Part shown: positions 19,623 to 29,344 of the stretch, piece by piece
How the letters are laid out: each line of letters starts with the position of its first letter
Position numbering within the stretch: the stretch's first letter is position 1
Source of the DNA: Syntrophales bacterium
Lineage (GTDB): Bacteria; Desulfobacterota; Syntrophia; Syntrophales; UBA2210
Direction of reading: 5' to 3'
NCBI GenBank assembly: GCA_963662405.2
Contig: CAXXKT010000003.1
Coordinates: forward strand, 96,001-160,000
Length of the DNA stretch: 64,000 bases
The notes under the pieces: generated by a model
Databases searched by the model: none
Told to the model about the DNA's origin: nothing
What the model saw: only the letters and a program-made list of their open reading frames with translations
Position numbers and translations under genes: made by a program

Positions 19623-20735
19623 TTAAACGGCCAAAGCATAACACCTCGCAACCTTACTCATCTCTACATATTTCGGGTCTGGCAGCATTTTCGATGGATC
19701 AAACGGCTCCCCCTTCTTCAAGATGGCATATACAATAGTGCTCATCTTTCGCGCCGTCGCTATTACGCTCTTCCCGGTTCCCTTGTTCTCTTTCATGGCT
19801 TTGTATTTGTACATAAGCCAATATCCATCGGTTTTATTCCGAAGCCGTAGCATCCCCATTACCATTTGCACAAAAGCCGTCCTCAGTTCCACGGGGCCTC
19901 GCTTGGTAATATGACCATGGCGAATGGTCTTGTTGGAGTTTTGAACCCATGGTACCAAACCGGCATGAGCAGCATACTGCTTGGCGCTCTCATATCGGTT
20001 GATGTCATCGGTATAAGCCCGAATCGTCGCTGCTGTTATTATTCCAACGCCAGGAATCGTTTGCAACAGAGCAACATCCTCGTCTTCAGAAACAAGATCA
20101 GATAATACGCGCTCAAGTCCTTTGACCTCGGATGCAATTTGGTCTATTGTACCAAGAAGCGGTTTTACCGCTCGGGCAGCGTTTCCGTAACTCCTATGGT
20201 CCGCGAGACCGTCAAGGATTCGCTGCCTTTCTTTTTTGCTCTGCAGCTGTCCCCGCCGACTCTCTATCCCATATCCAAGCAATAAACCGTGTATCTGGTT
20301 TTTCAAGGATACCAAAGCTTTCACCAGAACAGAACGTGACTTGAGAAGCCTTCGAATGTCCTCGCTTTCCTGCGAACAAAGAATGGACTCGGGAAGCATA
20401 TCTTTCTCAAGAAACTCAGCCAATGTGCGGGAATCATGCTTGTCAGTCTTTTTTACTGACTCATTTACAACCTTGAATTTCAAGGTGTTCACTATCTTGA
20501 CCTCAATCCCCGCCTTCAAAAACCGGTTGCGAAAGTGTCGGGTGTTCCCTGTTGATTCCACCGCTGCCGTGACCTCGTAACCGCCCTCATTCCAGTTGGA
20601 CACCTTCATGATAAATGCCCGGTAACCTCGATCAGTCGTCGGGTAGATGCCCGACTCCTGAACACTCCGATCTTCACTCAAACAACAAACGGTAAACTGC
20701 GTCTTGTGAAGGTCAACCCCGATACTCATCTTCAT
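19623..20735 (-). CDS. IS110 family transposase/recombinase (DEDD)
   Basis: GVDLHK, VES, KTDKHDS, TIPGVG, GLVP..QNS, HITKRGP, ATARK. Confidence 0.95.
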   Translation of the reverse strand: MKMSIGVDLHKTQFTVCCLSEDRSVQESGIYPTTDRGYRAFIMKVSNWNEGGYEVTAAVESTGNTRHFRNRFLKAGIEVKIVNTLKFKVVNESVKKTDKHDSRTLAEFLEKDMLPESILCSQESEDIRRLLKSRSVLVKALVSLKNQIHGLLLGYGIESRRGQLQSKKERQRILDGLADHRSYGNAARAVKPLLGTIDQIASEVKGLERVLSDLVSEDEDVALLQTIPGVGIITAATIRAYTDDINRYESAKQYAAHAGLVPWVQNSNKTIRHGHITKRGPVELRTAFVQMVMGMLRLRNKTDGYWLMYKYKAMKENKGTGKSVIATARKMSTIVYAILKKGEPFDPSKMLPDPKYVEMSKVARCYALAV

Positions 20736-20769
20736 AGAACGCCTCCTCACATCTTGGACAGCGCCTGTC

Positions 20770-20935
20770 AGGTGAATTGGTCCCAATCTCCTATTCGATC
20801 TCGAAGATCATTGAATGTTGCGGCTACAGCTCTTCATTCTCCTTTGCGGTCTCGAAGACCAGTAAACATGTCGAACAGTAGCCTTGCTGCCCAAAACTAT
20901 AAAGTTTCAAACAGTGTATCCCAATTCACAGCTCA
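20770..20935 (-). ncRNA. Putative IS110 bridge/seek RNA
   Basis: Two similar loop modules around GATC-TCGAA-GATC and GGTC-TCGAA-GACC hairpins, with flanks matching the donor and target junctions; outer pairing GTGAATTGG/CCAATTCAC. Confidence 0.65.
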
Positions 20936-20960
20936 TGAAGACTTTTTATCATTCCTCCTT

Positions 20961-20996
20961 AAATAGGGACAGCGCCCAATTATCGACTTGACCCCT
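20961..20996. repeat. Single RAYT-associated repeat AAATAGGGACAGCGCCCAATT facing a divergent TTGACCCC arm
   Basis: Matches the RAYT-flanking repeat; abuts the IS110 end. Confidence 0.7.
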
Positions 20997-21005
20997 TATG
21001 GGCAT

Positions 21006-22280
21006 TCACGCGAAGGTATTCAGCAGGGAACCGAGCAGTGATTGCTGCAGCAGGTCTGCCGAAGCGGTATAAATGGAATCGGCGAACTCCGTGTTGATGG
21101 CTTCGGCTTCCGTGGCGTAATTGAGCGGTGAATTGGTCGCTATCTGCGAGGTGTAGTTGCTTACCTGAACGGCGAGCCCGTCGAACCCGGCGAACAGCTC
21201 TTCAACCGCTGACGGGTCCTCACTGATCGCCTCGGCCAGCAGCTCTTCGTCGACCACCAGTGTCCCGTCTTCATCCACCGTGATCCCGATCGATGCAAGC
21301 TCGTCCTCATGATCCTCGATAAAGGAGGTCACCGTGGCGAGGACCTCGTTCGCGATGTAATCGCTGTTTTCCTCCAGGTTACCGATGAATGAATTCAGTC
21401 CCGAAACGAGACCGGTGACGGCGTCCCGGAACTCTTCCTCATCGGGGGCAACCGTCAGGACCGCTTCGCCCGTCCCCTCCAGGGTGGCCGTGATCATTCC
21501 CTCGTCGAGATAGACCGTATTGGAACTCGATGTCTTATCCACGCCGTCGACGCTGTACGTGGCGTCCCGGGCGGCGGTGGATACGGCGGCTGCGCCCGTC
21601 GCTGTGACGGCGTTTCCCGATACATCAGCGATCGAAAAGGCACTCGCCGCGCCGGTCTCGTCGGCAGTGACGGTCAGATTTACCGTCCCCTCTTCGCTCC
21701 CGTCGGTGACCGCGGCGCTCACCCCGATATCCGCGTCGTTGATGGCGGTGGCGATCTTCTGGAGGACCTCTTCGTTGGTGTCCCCCTCCTCGACCGTCAC
21801 GCTCAGATCGTGTTCTTCCCCGCCGACCGTCACCGCAAAGGTGTTCGTTCCCGTATCGACGGTGCCGGCGGCATCCTCGTCCAGCTCCAGCCCGGTGTTC
21901 TCCTGGGCCGCGGCCACCTGGGTCACGGAAATGCTGTACGTGGCCTCGGTCGCCCCCGAATCGGCGGAGAAGGCGTCCGCGGCCTCGGCCGTCACCACGT
22001 CGCTATCCGACGAAGAGGCCGTCCGGTCATGGAAAACGGAGGTATAGTCGTCGCGGGTCAGTTTCTGCGCCTTCGCGGCGAGGGATGACACATTGCCGTA
22101 CAGCTCGCTGAGGGCCTCCCGGGACTCTTTGCTGAATGCCTGTTCATCGAACTGATCCTGCAGGTTTCCGAGGGCCGAGGTGAAGACACCCATCACCAGA
22201 TTGCTGGCGCTGCTCACCCCCAGAGGAGAGAGCAGACTGGTCATCGTCATGTAATTATTGTAGGAACCGGTTATCTGCAT
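21006..22280 (-). CDS. FliD-like (flagellar cap-like) protein
   Basis: TASSSDSDVVTA, YSISVTQVAAAQ, ARDATYSVDG..SSSNT, LASIGIT..DGTL..D..L..A....P.AV.ELF; very acidic. Confidence 0.7.
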   Translation of the reverse strand: MQITGSYNNYMTMTSLLSPLGVSSASNLVMGVFTSALGNLQDQFDEQAFSKESREALSELYGNVSSLAAKAQKLTRDDYTSVFHDRTASSSDSDVVTAEAADAFSADSGATEATYSISVTQVAAAQENTGLELDEDAAGTVDTGTNTFAVTVGGEEHDLSVTVEEGDTNEEVLQKIATAINDADIGVSAAVTDGSEEGTVNLTVTADETGAASAFSIADVSGNAVTATGAAAVSTAARDATYSVDGVDKTSSSNTVYLDEGMITATLEGTGEAVLTVAPDEEEFRDAVTGLVSGLNSFIGNLEENSDYIANEVLATVTSFIEDHEDELASIGITVDEDGTLVVDEELLAEAISEDPSAVEELFAGFDGLAVQVSNYTSQIATNSPLNYATEAEAINTEFADSIYTASADLLQQSLLGSLLNTFA

Positions 22281-22300
22281 GGCTGCATCCCCTTCAGGCA

Positions 22301-22336
22301 ATAAAAAATCCGCCTCCCCAAGACAGAAAGACGGAC
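22301..22336 (-). terminator. Intrinsic terminator, riboswitch expression platform
   Basis: Minus strand TCCGTCTTTC...GGGAGGCGGA followed by TTTTTT. Confidence 0.65.
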
Positions 22337-22344
22337 ATACGTGG

Positions 22345-22432
22345 TGCAGCCCCGCTACCCTATCCCCACCGTGGAGACGTAGGTCGGTGGCTTTGCGTCC
22401 CTGCCTTTCAGAAGGTTTGCCCTTTTACTCTT
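22345..22432 (-). ncRNA. c-di-GMP-I (GEMM-I) riboswitch
   Basis: Minus strand GGGCAAACCTTCTGAAAGGCAGGGACGCAAAGCCACCGACCTA...GGTAGCGGGGCTGC. Confidence 0.88.
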
Positions 22433-22440
22433 TTGACGGT

Positions 22441-22468
22441 TTATCGGCAGAATGGCCGAAAAACTTGA
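22441..22468 (-). promoter_or_regulatory. Sigma28 (FliA)-type promoter
   Basis: TCAAGTTT-N12-GCCGATAA immediately upstream of the riboswitch. Confidence 0.7.
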
Positions 22469-22597
22469 GTGATTTTGCAAAAAAAGTTCGAAAAATCCGA
22501 TTGCAATCGGTAGTTGACTGAAATATAAAGATGTTTTTCCGGTTTGTGCAATCAAATTTTTTGCTGTTATGGTAGTGCGAAACATGAGGAGGCCGCC

Positions 22598-23884
22598 ATG
22601 GCGCATCACACGGTGCGATCGGGATATCAAAACCTCGTGGAGCGTCTGAACCGGTTCCCCCAGGGGGCCCCCCCGTCGGAGCTCCTCTACCGGATCCTGG
22701 AGATGCTCTTTTCGGAGAAGGAGGCCCGGTTCGTCTCCCTCCTCCCCATCAAGCCCTTTACCGCGAAGACGGCGGCGAGGCGGTGGAAGACCTCCCTCGC
22801 GGAGGCGCGGACCCTCCTCGACACCCTTTCCGGCAGAGGCATTCTCCTCGACATCGAGGAAGACGGCGAGTCCGTCTACGTTCTCCCCCCGCCCATGGCG
22901 GGCTTCTTCGAGTTTTCCATGATGCGGATCAGGACCGACGTCAACCAGAAGGTCCTGGCCGAACTCTTCTACCAGTATCTCAATGTGGAGGAAGACTTCA
23001 TCAGGGACCTCTTCAGGGGAGAGGAGACACAGCCCGGCCGTGTCTTTGTCAACGAAGAGGCCCTTTCCGCGGAGCTGTCGCTCCATGTCCTCGATTATGA
23101 ACGCGCCACGGAGGTCGTCAGAACGGCGAGCCACATCGGTGTCGGGATCTGTTACTGCCGGCACAAGATGGAGCATCTGGGGCGGGCCTGCGACGCCCCG
23201 CAGGACATCTGCATGACCTTCAACAACACGGCCGAGTCACTCACCAAACACGGCGTCGTGCGGGAGGTGGGCGTCGACGAGTGCCTTGATCTCCTCGACC
23301 AGGCCCGGGAACACAACCTGGTCCAGTTCGGCGAGAACGTCCGCGAACGGGTGAACTTCATTTGTAACTGCTGCAAGTGCTGCTGTGAGGCGATGATCGC
23401 CGCTCAAAAATTCGGCTTTCTCAACCCCGTTCATACCACCAATTACCTCCCCAGGATCGCGGCTGATGCCTGCACCGGGTGCGGAAAATGCGTCGACGTC
23501 TGTCCCGTCGGTGCCATCGAACTGGTCTCAGAAACGGGTAATGGGAAGAGAAAGAAAAAGACGGCGAGACTCAACAGGGACACCTGCCTCGGCTGCGGCG
23601 TGTGCGTCAAAGCCTGCCCCGTCGACGCCATCGAGCTGACCGCCCGGGAAGAGCGGGTCATCACCCCCGTCAACTCCACACACAAGGCCGTCCTCATGGC
23701 CATCGAACGGGGGAACCTCCCGGACCTCATCTTCGACAACCGGGCCCACTGGAACCACCGTGCCATGGCGGCCATCCTGGGCGCGATTCTCAGACTCCCG
23801 CCGGTCAAACAGGCCCTGGCCGGCAGACAGCTCCGCTCACGCTACCTGGAATACATCTTAAATAGGGACAGCGCCCATTTTTAA
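22598..23884 (+). CDS. 4Fe-4S dicluster domain protein
   Basis: CYCR, ICNCCKCCC and two CxxCxxCxxxCP motifs; C-terminus runs into a repeat. Confidence 0.88.
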   Translation: MAHHTVRSGYQNLVERLNRFPQGAPPSELLYRILEMLFSEKEARFVSLLPIKPFTAKTAARRWKTSLAEARTLLDTLSGRGILLDIEEDGESVYVLPPPMAGFFEFSMMRIRTDVNQKVLAELFYQYLNVEEDFIRDLFRGEETQPGRVFVNEEALSAELSLHVLDYERATEVVRTASHIGVGICYCRHKMEHLGRACDAPQDICMTFNNTAESLTKHGVVREVGVDECLDLLDQAREHNLVQFGENVRERVNFICNCCKCCCEAMIAAQKFGFLNPVHTTNYLPRIAADACTGCGKCVDVCPVGAIELVSETGNGKRKKKTARLNRDTCLGCGVCVKACPVDAIELTAREERVITPVNSTHKAVLMAIERGNLPDLIFDNRAHWNHRAMAAILGAILRLPPVKQALAGRQLRSRYLEYILNRDSAHF

Positions 23885-23936
23885 AATAAATCAACCTCTA
23901 TTCAGGTAGTTACAAAAATGGGCGCTGTCCCTATTT
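23860..23936. repeat. REPIN-like inverted doublet
   Basis: AATAGGGACAGCGCCCATTTTT ... AAAAATGGGCGCTGTCCCTATT. Confidence 0.9.
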
Positions 23937-23943
23937 AAAGCCC

Positions 23944-24831
23944 TCACAGCAGACCGGTACTGAAATACCGTTCCGCCCGGTCCGGGAGGACCGTAGCGAT
24001 GGTCCAGTCCGGGTGTTCCCTGGCGATCTGCCGTGCCGTCCAGACGTTTGCCCCGGACGATGTGCCGCAGAGGAGGGAATTGCTCAACCCCAGTTCGCGT
24101 GTCGTTTCGATGGCATCTTCATCCGTGATTTCGATGATCCGGTCGATTAGGGAGACATCAAGAATATCGGGCACAAATCCGTCCCCGATACCCTGAATCT
24201 GATGCAGCCCCGGTTCATGACCGAGGAGGGCCGACACGTTTTTGGGTTCTACAGCCACGATCGTGACGTCCGGGTTGTTTTTCTTCAGAAACGAGCCGAC
24301 ACCCTGGATCGTGCCGCCGCTGCCGATGCCGGAGACAAAGGCGTCGACCTTGTTGCCCGCCTGCCTCCATAATTCCGGTGCCGTGTATTCGTAATGGGCC
24401 GTTGCGTTATGGGGATTTTTGAACTGCTGCGGCATAAAGGCATCATACTCCGCGACCAGTTCCTCGGCCTTCTGGACCGCGCCGACGATGTTTTCACGAT
24501 CCGGCGTCAGGATAAGATGCCCGCCCAGAAAGGTGATGATATTTTTCCTCTCCTCACTCATCCCTTCAGGCATGACGATATACACGTCGTATCCCTTGGC
24601 AACGCCCACCAGTGTTATCCCGATCCCCGTATTACCCGATGTGGGCTCGACGATCTTCATTCCCGGCTTCAAGGTGCCGTCCCATTCCGCCGCCTCGATC
24701 ATGGCCAGGGCCACGCGATCTTTGATGCTGCCTCCCGGATTGAGGAATTCAGCCTTGGCGATAATATTTTCATTCCTGAGCTGAACCAGGGGGGTATTCC
24801 CGATCAGGTCGATGATGTCACATGCTTTCAT
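23944..24831 (-). CDS. cysK: Cysteine synthase
   Basis: NPGGSIKDR, PTSGNTG, GIGSGGT, HQIQGIG. Confidence 0.92.
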   Translation of the reverse strand: MKACDIIDLIGNTPLVQLRNENIIAKAEFLNPGGSIKDRVALAMIEAAEWDGTLKPGMKIVEPTSGNTGIGITLVGVAKGYDVYIVMPEGMSEERKNIITFLGGHLILTPDRENIVGAVQKAEELVAEYDAFMPQQFKNPHNATAHYEYTAPELWRQAGNKVDAFVSGIGSGGTIQGVGSFLKKNNPDVTIVAVEPKNVSALLGHEPGLHQIQGIGDGFVPDILDVSLIDRIIEITDEDAIETTRELGLSNSLLCGTSSGANVWTARQIAREHPDWTIATVLPDRAERYFSTGLL

Positions 24832-24926
24832 AATGATTTAGAATCCCTTGTGAATGAAGTCGTTTCGGTGAAGTCTATTACCCCTCATCACTCAATTTTA
24901 CCAGCGAAAATTTTAATAGGAATTTT

Positions 24927-25009
24927 AATAGGGACAGCGCCCATTTTTCGCCTACCACACAAAACGGCTCTTTATTTAATCATTTATAAAAATGGGCGCT
25001 GTCCCTATT
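24927..25009. repeat. REPIN-like inverted doublet
   Basis: Same arms as the RAYT flanks. Confidence 0.9.
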
Positions 25010-25018
25010 TACTCCTAT

Positions 25019-26701
25019 TTACCGTGTCAGGTGCCGGTATTTGATCCGGTGGGGCTGATCGGCGTCTTTGCCGAGCCGCTTCTTCCGATCGGCCTCGTAG
25101 TCGGAATAGTTCCCCTCGAACCAGACGACGGAGCCGTCCCCCTCGAAGGCGAGGATGTGCGTGGCGATCCGGTCGAGGAACCAGCGGTCGTGGCTGATGA
25201 CGACGGCGCACCCCCCGAACTCCTCCAGCGCCTCCTCGAGGGCCCGCATCGTGTTCACATCCAGGTCGTTGGTCGGTTCGTCCAGGAGGAGGACATTGGC
25301 CCCCTCTTTCAGCATGCAGGCGAGGTGGACGCGGTTGCGCTCCCCCCCGGAGAGCATGCCCACCTTCTTCTGCTGATCCTGCCCGGCGAAGTTGAACCGC
25401 CCCACGTAGGCCCGCGAGTTCATCTCACGCTGCCCCAGCCTGATCAGATCGTTCCCCCCGGTGATCACCTCCCAGACGGACTTGTTCGGATCGAGCGTGT
25501 CCCGTTCCTGATCCACGTACGCGAGCGCCACCGTCTCGCCCACCCGGATCGTCCCCGCGTCGGGGGTTTCCTTCCCGGTGATCATCTTGAAGAGGGTCGT
25601 CTTCCCCGCGCCGTTCGGCCCGATGATCCCGACGATCCCCCCCGGCGGCAGGGCGAAGGTCATCCCCTCGAAGATGAGCCGGTCGCCGAAGGCCTTGCTC
25701 ACCCCCTCCGCCTCGATCACGGTCTTGCCGAGACGGGGCCCCGGCGGGATGTAGATCTCCAGGTCCTGCGCCTGCTTCTCGTAGCTCTGGTTCATGAGGG
25801 ATTCGTAGGCGTTGATACGGGCCTTCCCCTTCGCCTGGCGCCCCTTCGGCGACATGCTGATCCATTCCAGCTCCCGCTGCAGGGTCTTCTGCCGTTCCGT
25901 CTCCCTCTTCTCCTCCTGCTGGAGCCGCTGCTGTTTCTGCGCGAGCCAGGACGAGTAGTTCCCCTTCCAGGGGATCCCCGCTCCCCGGTCTAGCTCCAGG
26001 ATCCAGCCGGCCACATTATCCAGGAAATACCGGTCGTGGGTGACGGCGATCACCGTCCCCTCGTACTGCTGAAGGTGGCGTTCGAGCCAGGCCACCGTCT
26101 CGGCATCCAGGTGATTCGTCGGTTCGTCGAGGAGCAGGATGTCCGGCTTCTGCAGCAGGAGACGGCACAGGGCGACGCGCCGCTTCTCGCCGCCGGAGAT
26201 CACCCTGATCGGCGTATCCCCCGGAGGACAGCGCAGGGCGTCCATCGCCATCTCCAGGCGGGAATCGATATCCCACAGATCGAGATTGTCGATCTTCTCC
26301 TGCAGCTCGCCCTGCCGCTCTATGAGGGCGTTCATCTCGTCGTCGGACAGGGGCTCGGCGAACCGTTCGCTGATCTCGTTATACTCCTTCACCAGTGCCA
26401 CCGAATCCCGCATCCCCTCCTCGACCACCTCCTGCACGGTCTTGTCGGGATCGAGGAGCGGTTCCTGTTCCAGAAAGCCCAGCGTGTACCCCTGCGAGAG
26501 GACGGCATTTCCGTTGTATTCGTCGTCGACGCCGGCCATGACGCGCAGGAGCGAGCTTTTGCCGGACCCGTTGAGCCCCAGGACGCCGATCTTGGCGCCG
26601 TAGAAATAGGAGAGGGATATATCCTTCAAGACCTGCTTGTTCCCGTGGAACTTGCTGACCCTCATCATGGTATAGATAATCTTTTTCGCGTCATCGCTCA
26701 T
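25019..26701 (-). CDS. ettA: Energy-dependent translational throttle ABC-F protein
   Basis: Tandem ABC domains, DISLSYFYGAKIGVLGLNGSGKS, C-terminal PHRIKYRHL. Confidence 0.95.
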   Translation of the reverse strand: MSDDAKKIIYTMMRVSKFHGNKQVLKDISLSYFYGAKIGVLGLNGSGKSSLLRVMAGVDDEYNGNAVLSQGYTLGFLEQEPLLDPDKTVQEVVEEGMRDSVALVKEYNEISERFAEPLSDDEMNALIERQGELQEKIDNLDLWDIDSRLEMAMDALRCPPGDTPIRVISGGEKRRVALCRLLLQKPDILLLDEPTNHLDAETVAWLERHLQQYEGTVIAVTHDRYFLDNVAGWILELDRGAGIPWKGNYSSWLAQKQQRLQQEEKRETERQKTLQRELEWISMSPKGRQAKGKARINAYESLMNQSYEKQAQDLEIYIPPGPRLGKTVIEAEGVSKAFGDRLIFEGMTFALPPGGIVGIIGPNGAGKTTLFKMITGKETPDAGTIRVGETVALAYVDQERDTLDPNKSVWEVITGGNDLIRLGQREMNSRAYVGRFNFAGQDQQKKVGMLSGGERNRVHLACMLKEGANVLLLDEPTNDLDVNTMRALEEALEEFGGCAVVISHDRWFLDRIATHILAFEGDGSVVWFEGNYSDYEADRKKRLGKDADQPHRIKYRHLTR

Positions 26702-26822
26702 GGCATATCCCTCTTATGTTTTGAAATTTTCCGGCATTTCCTTCTGCCGACGGCTTCTCTATCAGTTTGTCCCGGACTGCACAACAGGAAAACATGAACT
26801 CTACAGGCACCGACCAACCGCC

Positions 26823-27056
26823 TCATTCGATCTCGATCACGGCGCCGCAATCCTCGCACCGGTACCGGACCTTTCCCCGGTCCGGCGCTTCGACCTCGTC
26901 GAAGTCATAGTGCCTTACGCCCCGTACCTCATAACACTCCGGGCAATACCCGTCGCCCAACTCATCGGCGTCGATGGTCAGATGACAGTGACGGCACCGC
27001 AGGACGGTATTCTTCCCCTGCAGCAAAATCAGGTTCGGGTGCCTGCATGCATCCAT
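26823..27056 (-). CDS. Small zinc-ribbon protein
   Basis: CRHC, CPEC, CEDC motifs. Confidence 0.7.
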   Translation of the reverse strand: MDACRHPNLILLQGKNTVLRCRHCHLTIDADELGDGYCPECYEVRGVRHYDFDEVEAPDRGKVRYRCEDCGAVIEIE

Positions 27057-27072
27057 ACGATATTTCTTTCCC

Positions 27073-27306
27073 TCAGTTCTCCGACGAACCGGACGCGGGA
27101 CCGACCGCCCTGACCCGGCGGCCACCGCAGGCGACCGTCTGCCCGTCCCGTATCTTGGAGCGCTTCCGGTATTCCACGGTCCCGTCAACGCTGACCAGCC
27201 CCTCTTCGATCGCCAACTTCGCCCTGCCGCCTGTATCACAGAGACCGGATGCCTTCAACAACCGGTTCAGCTCGATATGATCACCTGAGAATGTAAATGT
27301 TTCCAT
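27073..27306 (-). CDS. RNA-binding S4 domain protein (YbcJ/YaaA-like)
   Basis: IELNRLLKASGLCDTGGRAK..IEEG.V.VDG..E.RKR.KI. Confidence 0.88.
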   Translation of the reverse strand: METFTFSGDHIELNRLLKASGLCDTGGRAKLAIEEGLVSVDGTVEYRKRSKIRDGQTVACGGRRVRAVGPASGSSEN

Positions 27307-27649
27307 TACTTTTTGCCGCTCCTCAGGGCGGTATATACCATATCGGGACGATCTATGAGAAGGGTGGAGACATGGAAAACAGTCAGATCTTGAAACTCGG
27401 CCGCTTCAGGTTGGATGGGTTACAAAAACAAAGGTTGATATGAAATGCTTGTTATTGTTGTTGTCTGGTGAGTGAACAAATTCGGTCATGCTAACTGAAA
27501 TATATCTTACCTTTGCTGCGAATAGAGGAGAAAGCAACAGTCAATGAACTGGAGTTGTGCTTGACCTTTCAGTTTTAAAAAAATTTCTTGACAATACAGC
27601 ACCATGAAGTTAGGGAATTTCTGTTTTGATCTTTATCTGTTTTATTTGC

Positions 27650-27734
27650 TTGTGGACAGCTATAACCATGGGGGAGGATTATGGTCTGATCATCAAAGCC
27701 CTGTTTCTTTGAAAAGAGATGGGGCTTTTTTTGT
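27650..27734 (+). promoter_or_regulatory. Conserved leader with SD, ATG-GTC-TGA mini-ORF and intrinsic terminator (copy A)
   Basis: Homologous to 41103-41188 (-); TTGACA at 27588-27593 upstream. Confidence 0.6.
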
Positions 27735-27988
27735 GCACGGTTTAGCAAGGGAGATGCGATATAAATTATTTGCCAAATGATTTCAAGTGAATAATTTTTA
27801 ACAATTTAATCGGAATCTACACTCGTTAAGAAGCAAATAAAAGGTTGATTGTGGAATACCATGAATCTTTATCCGCCTTCCCTTTGCAAACGATCAAAAA
27901 GATTAAATCCCGTTAATGGGTAAAAGATATCTATAGCTAGTTTCACAGTTTTGTTTTCTTATACAAAAATTGATCTGAGGTTTTGTAA

Positions 27989-29325
27989 GTGGTAAAATCT
28001 GAATATAAACAATATGATTCAGAATTGGCAGATAAAATAGGAGACCGATCACTTATATGGATCGGGGCACGTGGGTGCGACATCTTGCCACTTTTGCACA
28101 TGCCACAATTGAAAACTGTTTTTTCAATTATTTCTCCAATGCGAGCATTTGGTGTGCAGGATTTGTGCTACGAATCACTTACCCAAAAACGTGTTGATCT
28201 TGATTCATATTCTATAGATTATGACAATTCAAATGAAGCGGGAGAAATTCGCAAACAGCTTTTTGATGCGCTTAATCACAATTGCGTTGCAGTTCCCTAT
28301 CGCCCACTTCGTTTTTTTGCTTCAATATACTATCCCCGGACAAAATTTGTTGAATATCTCGGATTATTTCATCAAATGCAAACAGCATTTGAGCACAAAA
28401 TATGGGTTGAAACAGAATTAAATAATATGGGATTAATGTTATCCCTTGGTTATATAAAACAAATATGGATAACCCACGTGCTTTGATTGGTGAATACCTT
28501 AATAGCGGATCACTGGTTGTTCGCCTAAACCGGTCAACCGGTGGAAATGGGTTGTTTCTCATTAATGATTTAAATGAGTTCGATTCACTTTGGAATAAAC
28601 TTGTCATGCATGAGGAAGGTTACTTTTCTGTTGCCCCATATTATTATCCCAGCACGCCAATAAATTTAAACTGTACTGTATTTCATGATGGGAACGTTGC
28701 TTTACACGGGGCGTCTGTTCAGATTATTGGGGACCCATTACTAACGAATTTGAAATTTGGTTTTTGTGGAAATGACTACGGAAAAATTAAAGACATTGAA
28801 CCTAATATGCTGGACCGTATAGAGCAGATGGCTCGCAAAACTGGTCTTTGGCTTGCATCGGTTGGATATCGAGGGAGTTTTGGTATCGATGCACTGTTGG
28901 TGGGGAGTGAAGTATATCTAACAGAAATTAATCCTCGTTTTCAGGGTTCTTCATCTTTAGCTGCACAGTTTGACAGAGATGCTGGTCGCCCTGACGTCTT
29001 CCAAACTCATATGGGTTCATTCTTTGGATTGAAAGTGCCTAAACAATATTCTCTACGAGAGATTGTTGTTGCTCAGCCAAACATTTCACAAATAATATCG
29101 CACAATATATCTAATGGGATCGAACATGTTGAAAATGATATTGGATTTTGTGATTCCGTTAATTGTAAATTAAGCACCCTGCCGGATAAAAATATTGACA
29201 TACAGCCAAATGGAGTCCGTTTTAAGATGACTATTAATGAAAGTGTTGCCGATGAAAACGGCAGATTGTTGGAAAGAGTAATCCCATATCTCACGTTTGT
29301 AATGAAAAATATCATTGTCTCATAA
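27989..29325 (+). pseudogene. ATP-grasp family ligase split by an apparent 1-bp frameshift near 28430
   Basis: ORFs 27989-28486 and 28465-29325 join as ...ETELNNMG/INVIPWLYKTNMDNPR...; ATP-grasp motifs STGGNG, FGIDAL, TEINPRFQGS. Confidence 0.7.
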
Positions 29326-29344
29326 TGACAGAGAGAGGTATGAA

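Larger units (their letters stand above)
19573..20959 (-). mobile_element. IS110-family insertion sequence
   Basis: Inverted repeats ATAAAAAGTC (19573-19582) / GACTTTTTAT (20940-20949); CTCCT at both junctions (19568-19572, 20955-20959). Confidence 0.85.

Noticed and set aside
27306..27650. tRNA or att site at the island's left boundary
   Set aside because: No cloverleaf or T-arm motif and no direct repeat matching the right boundary was found
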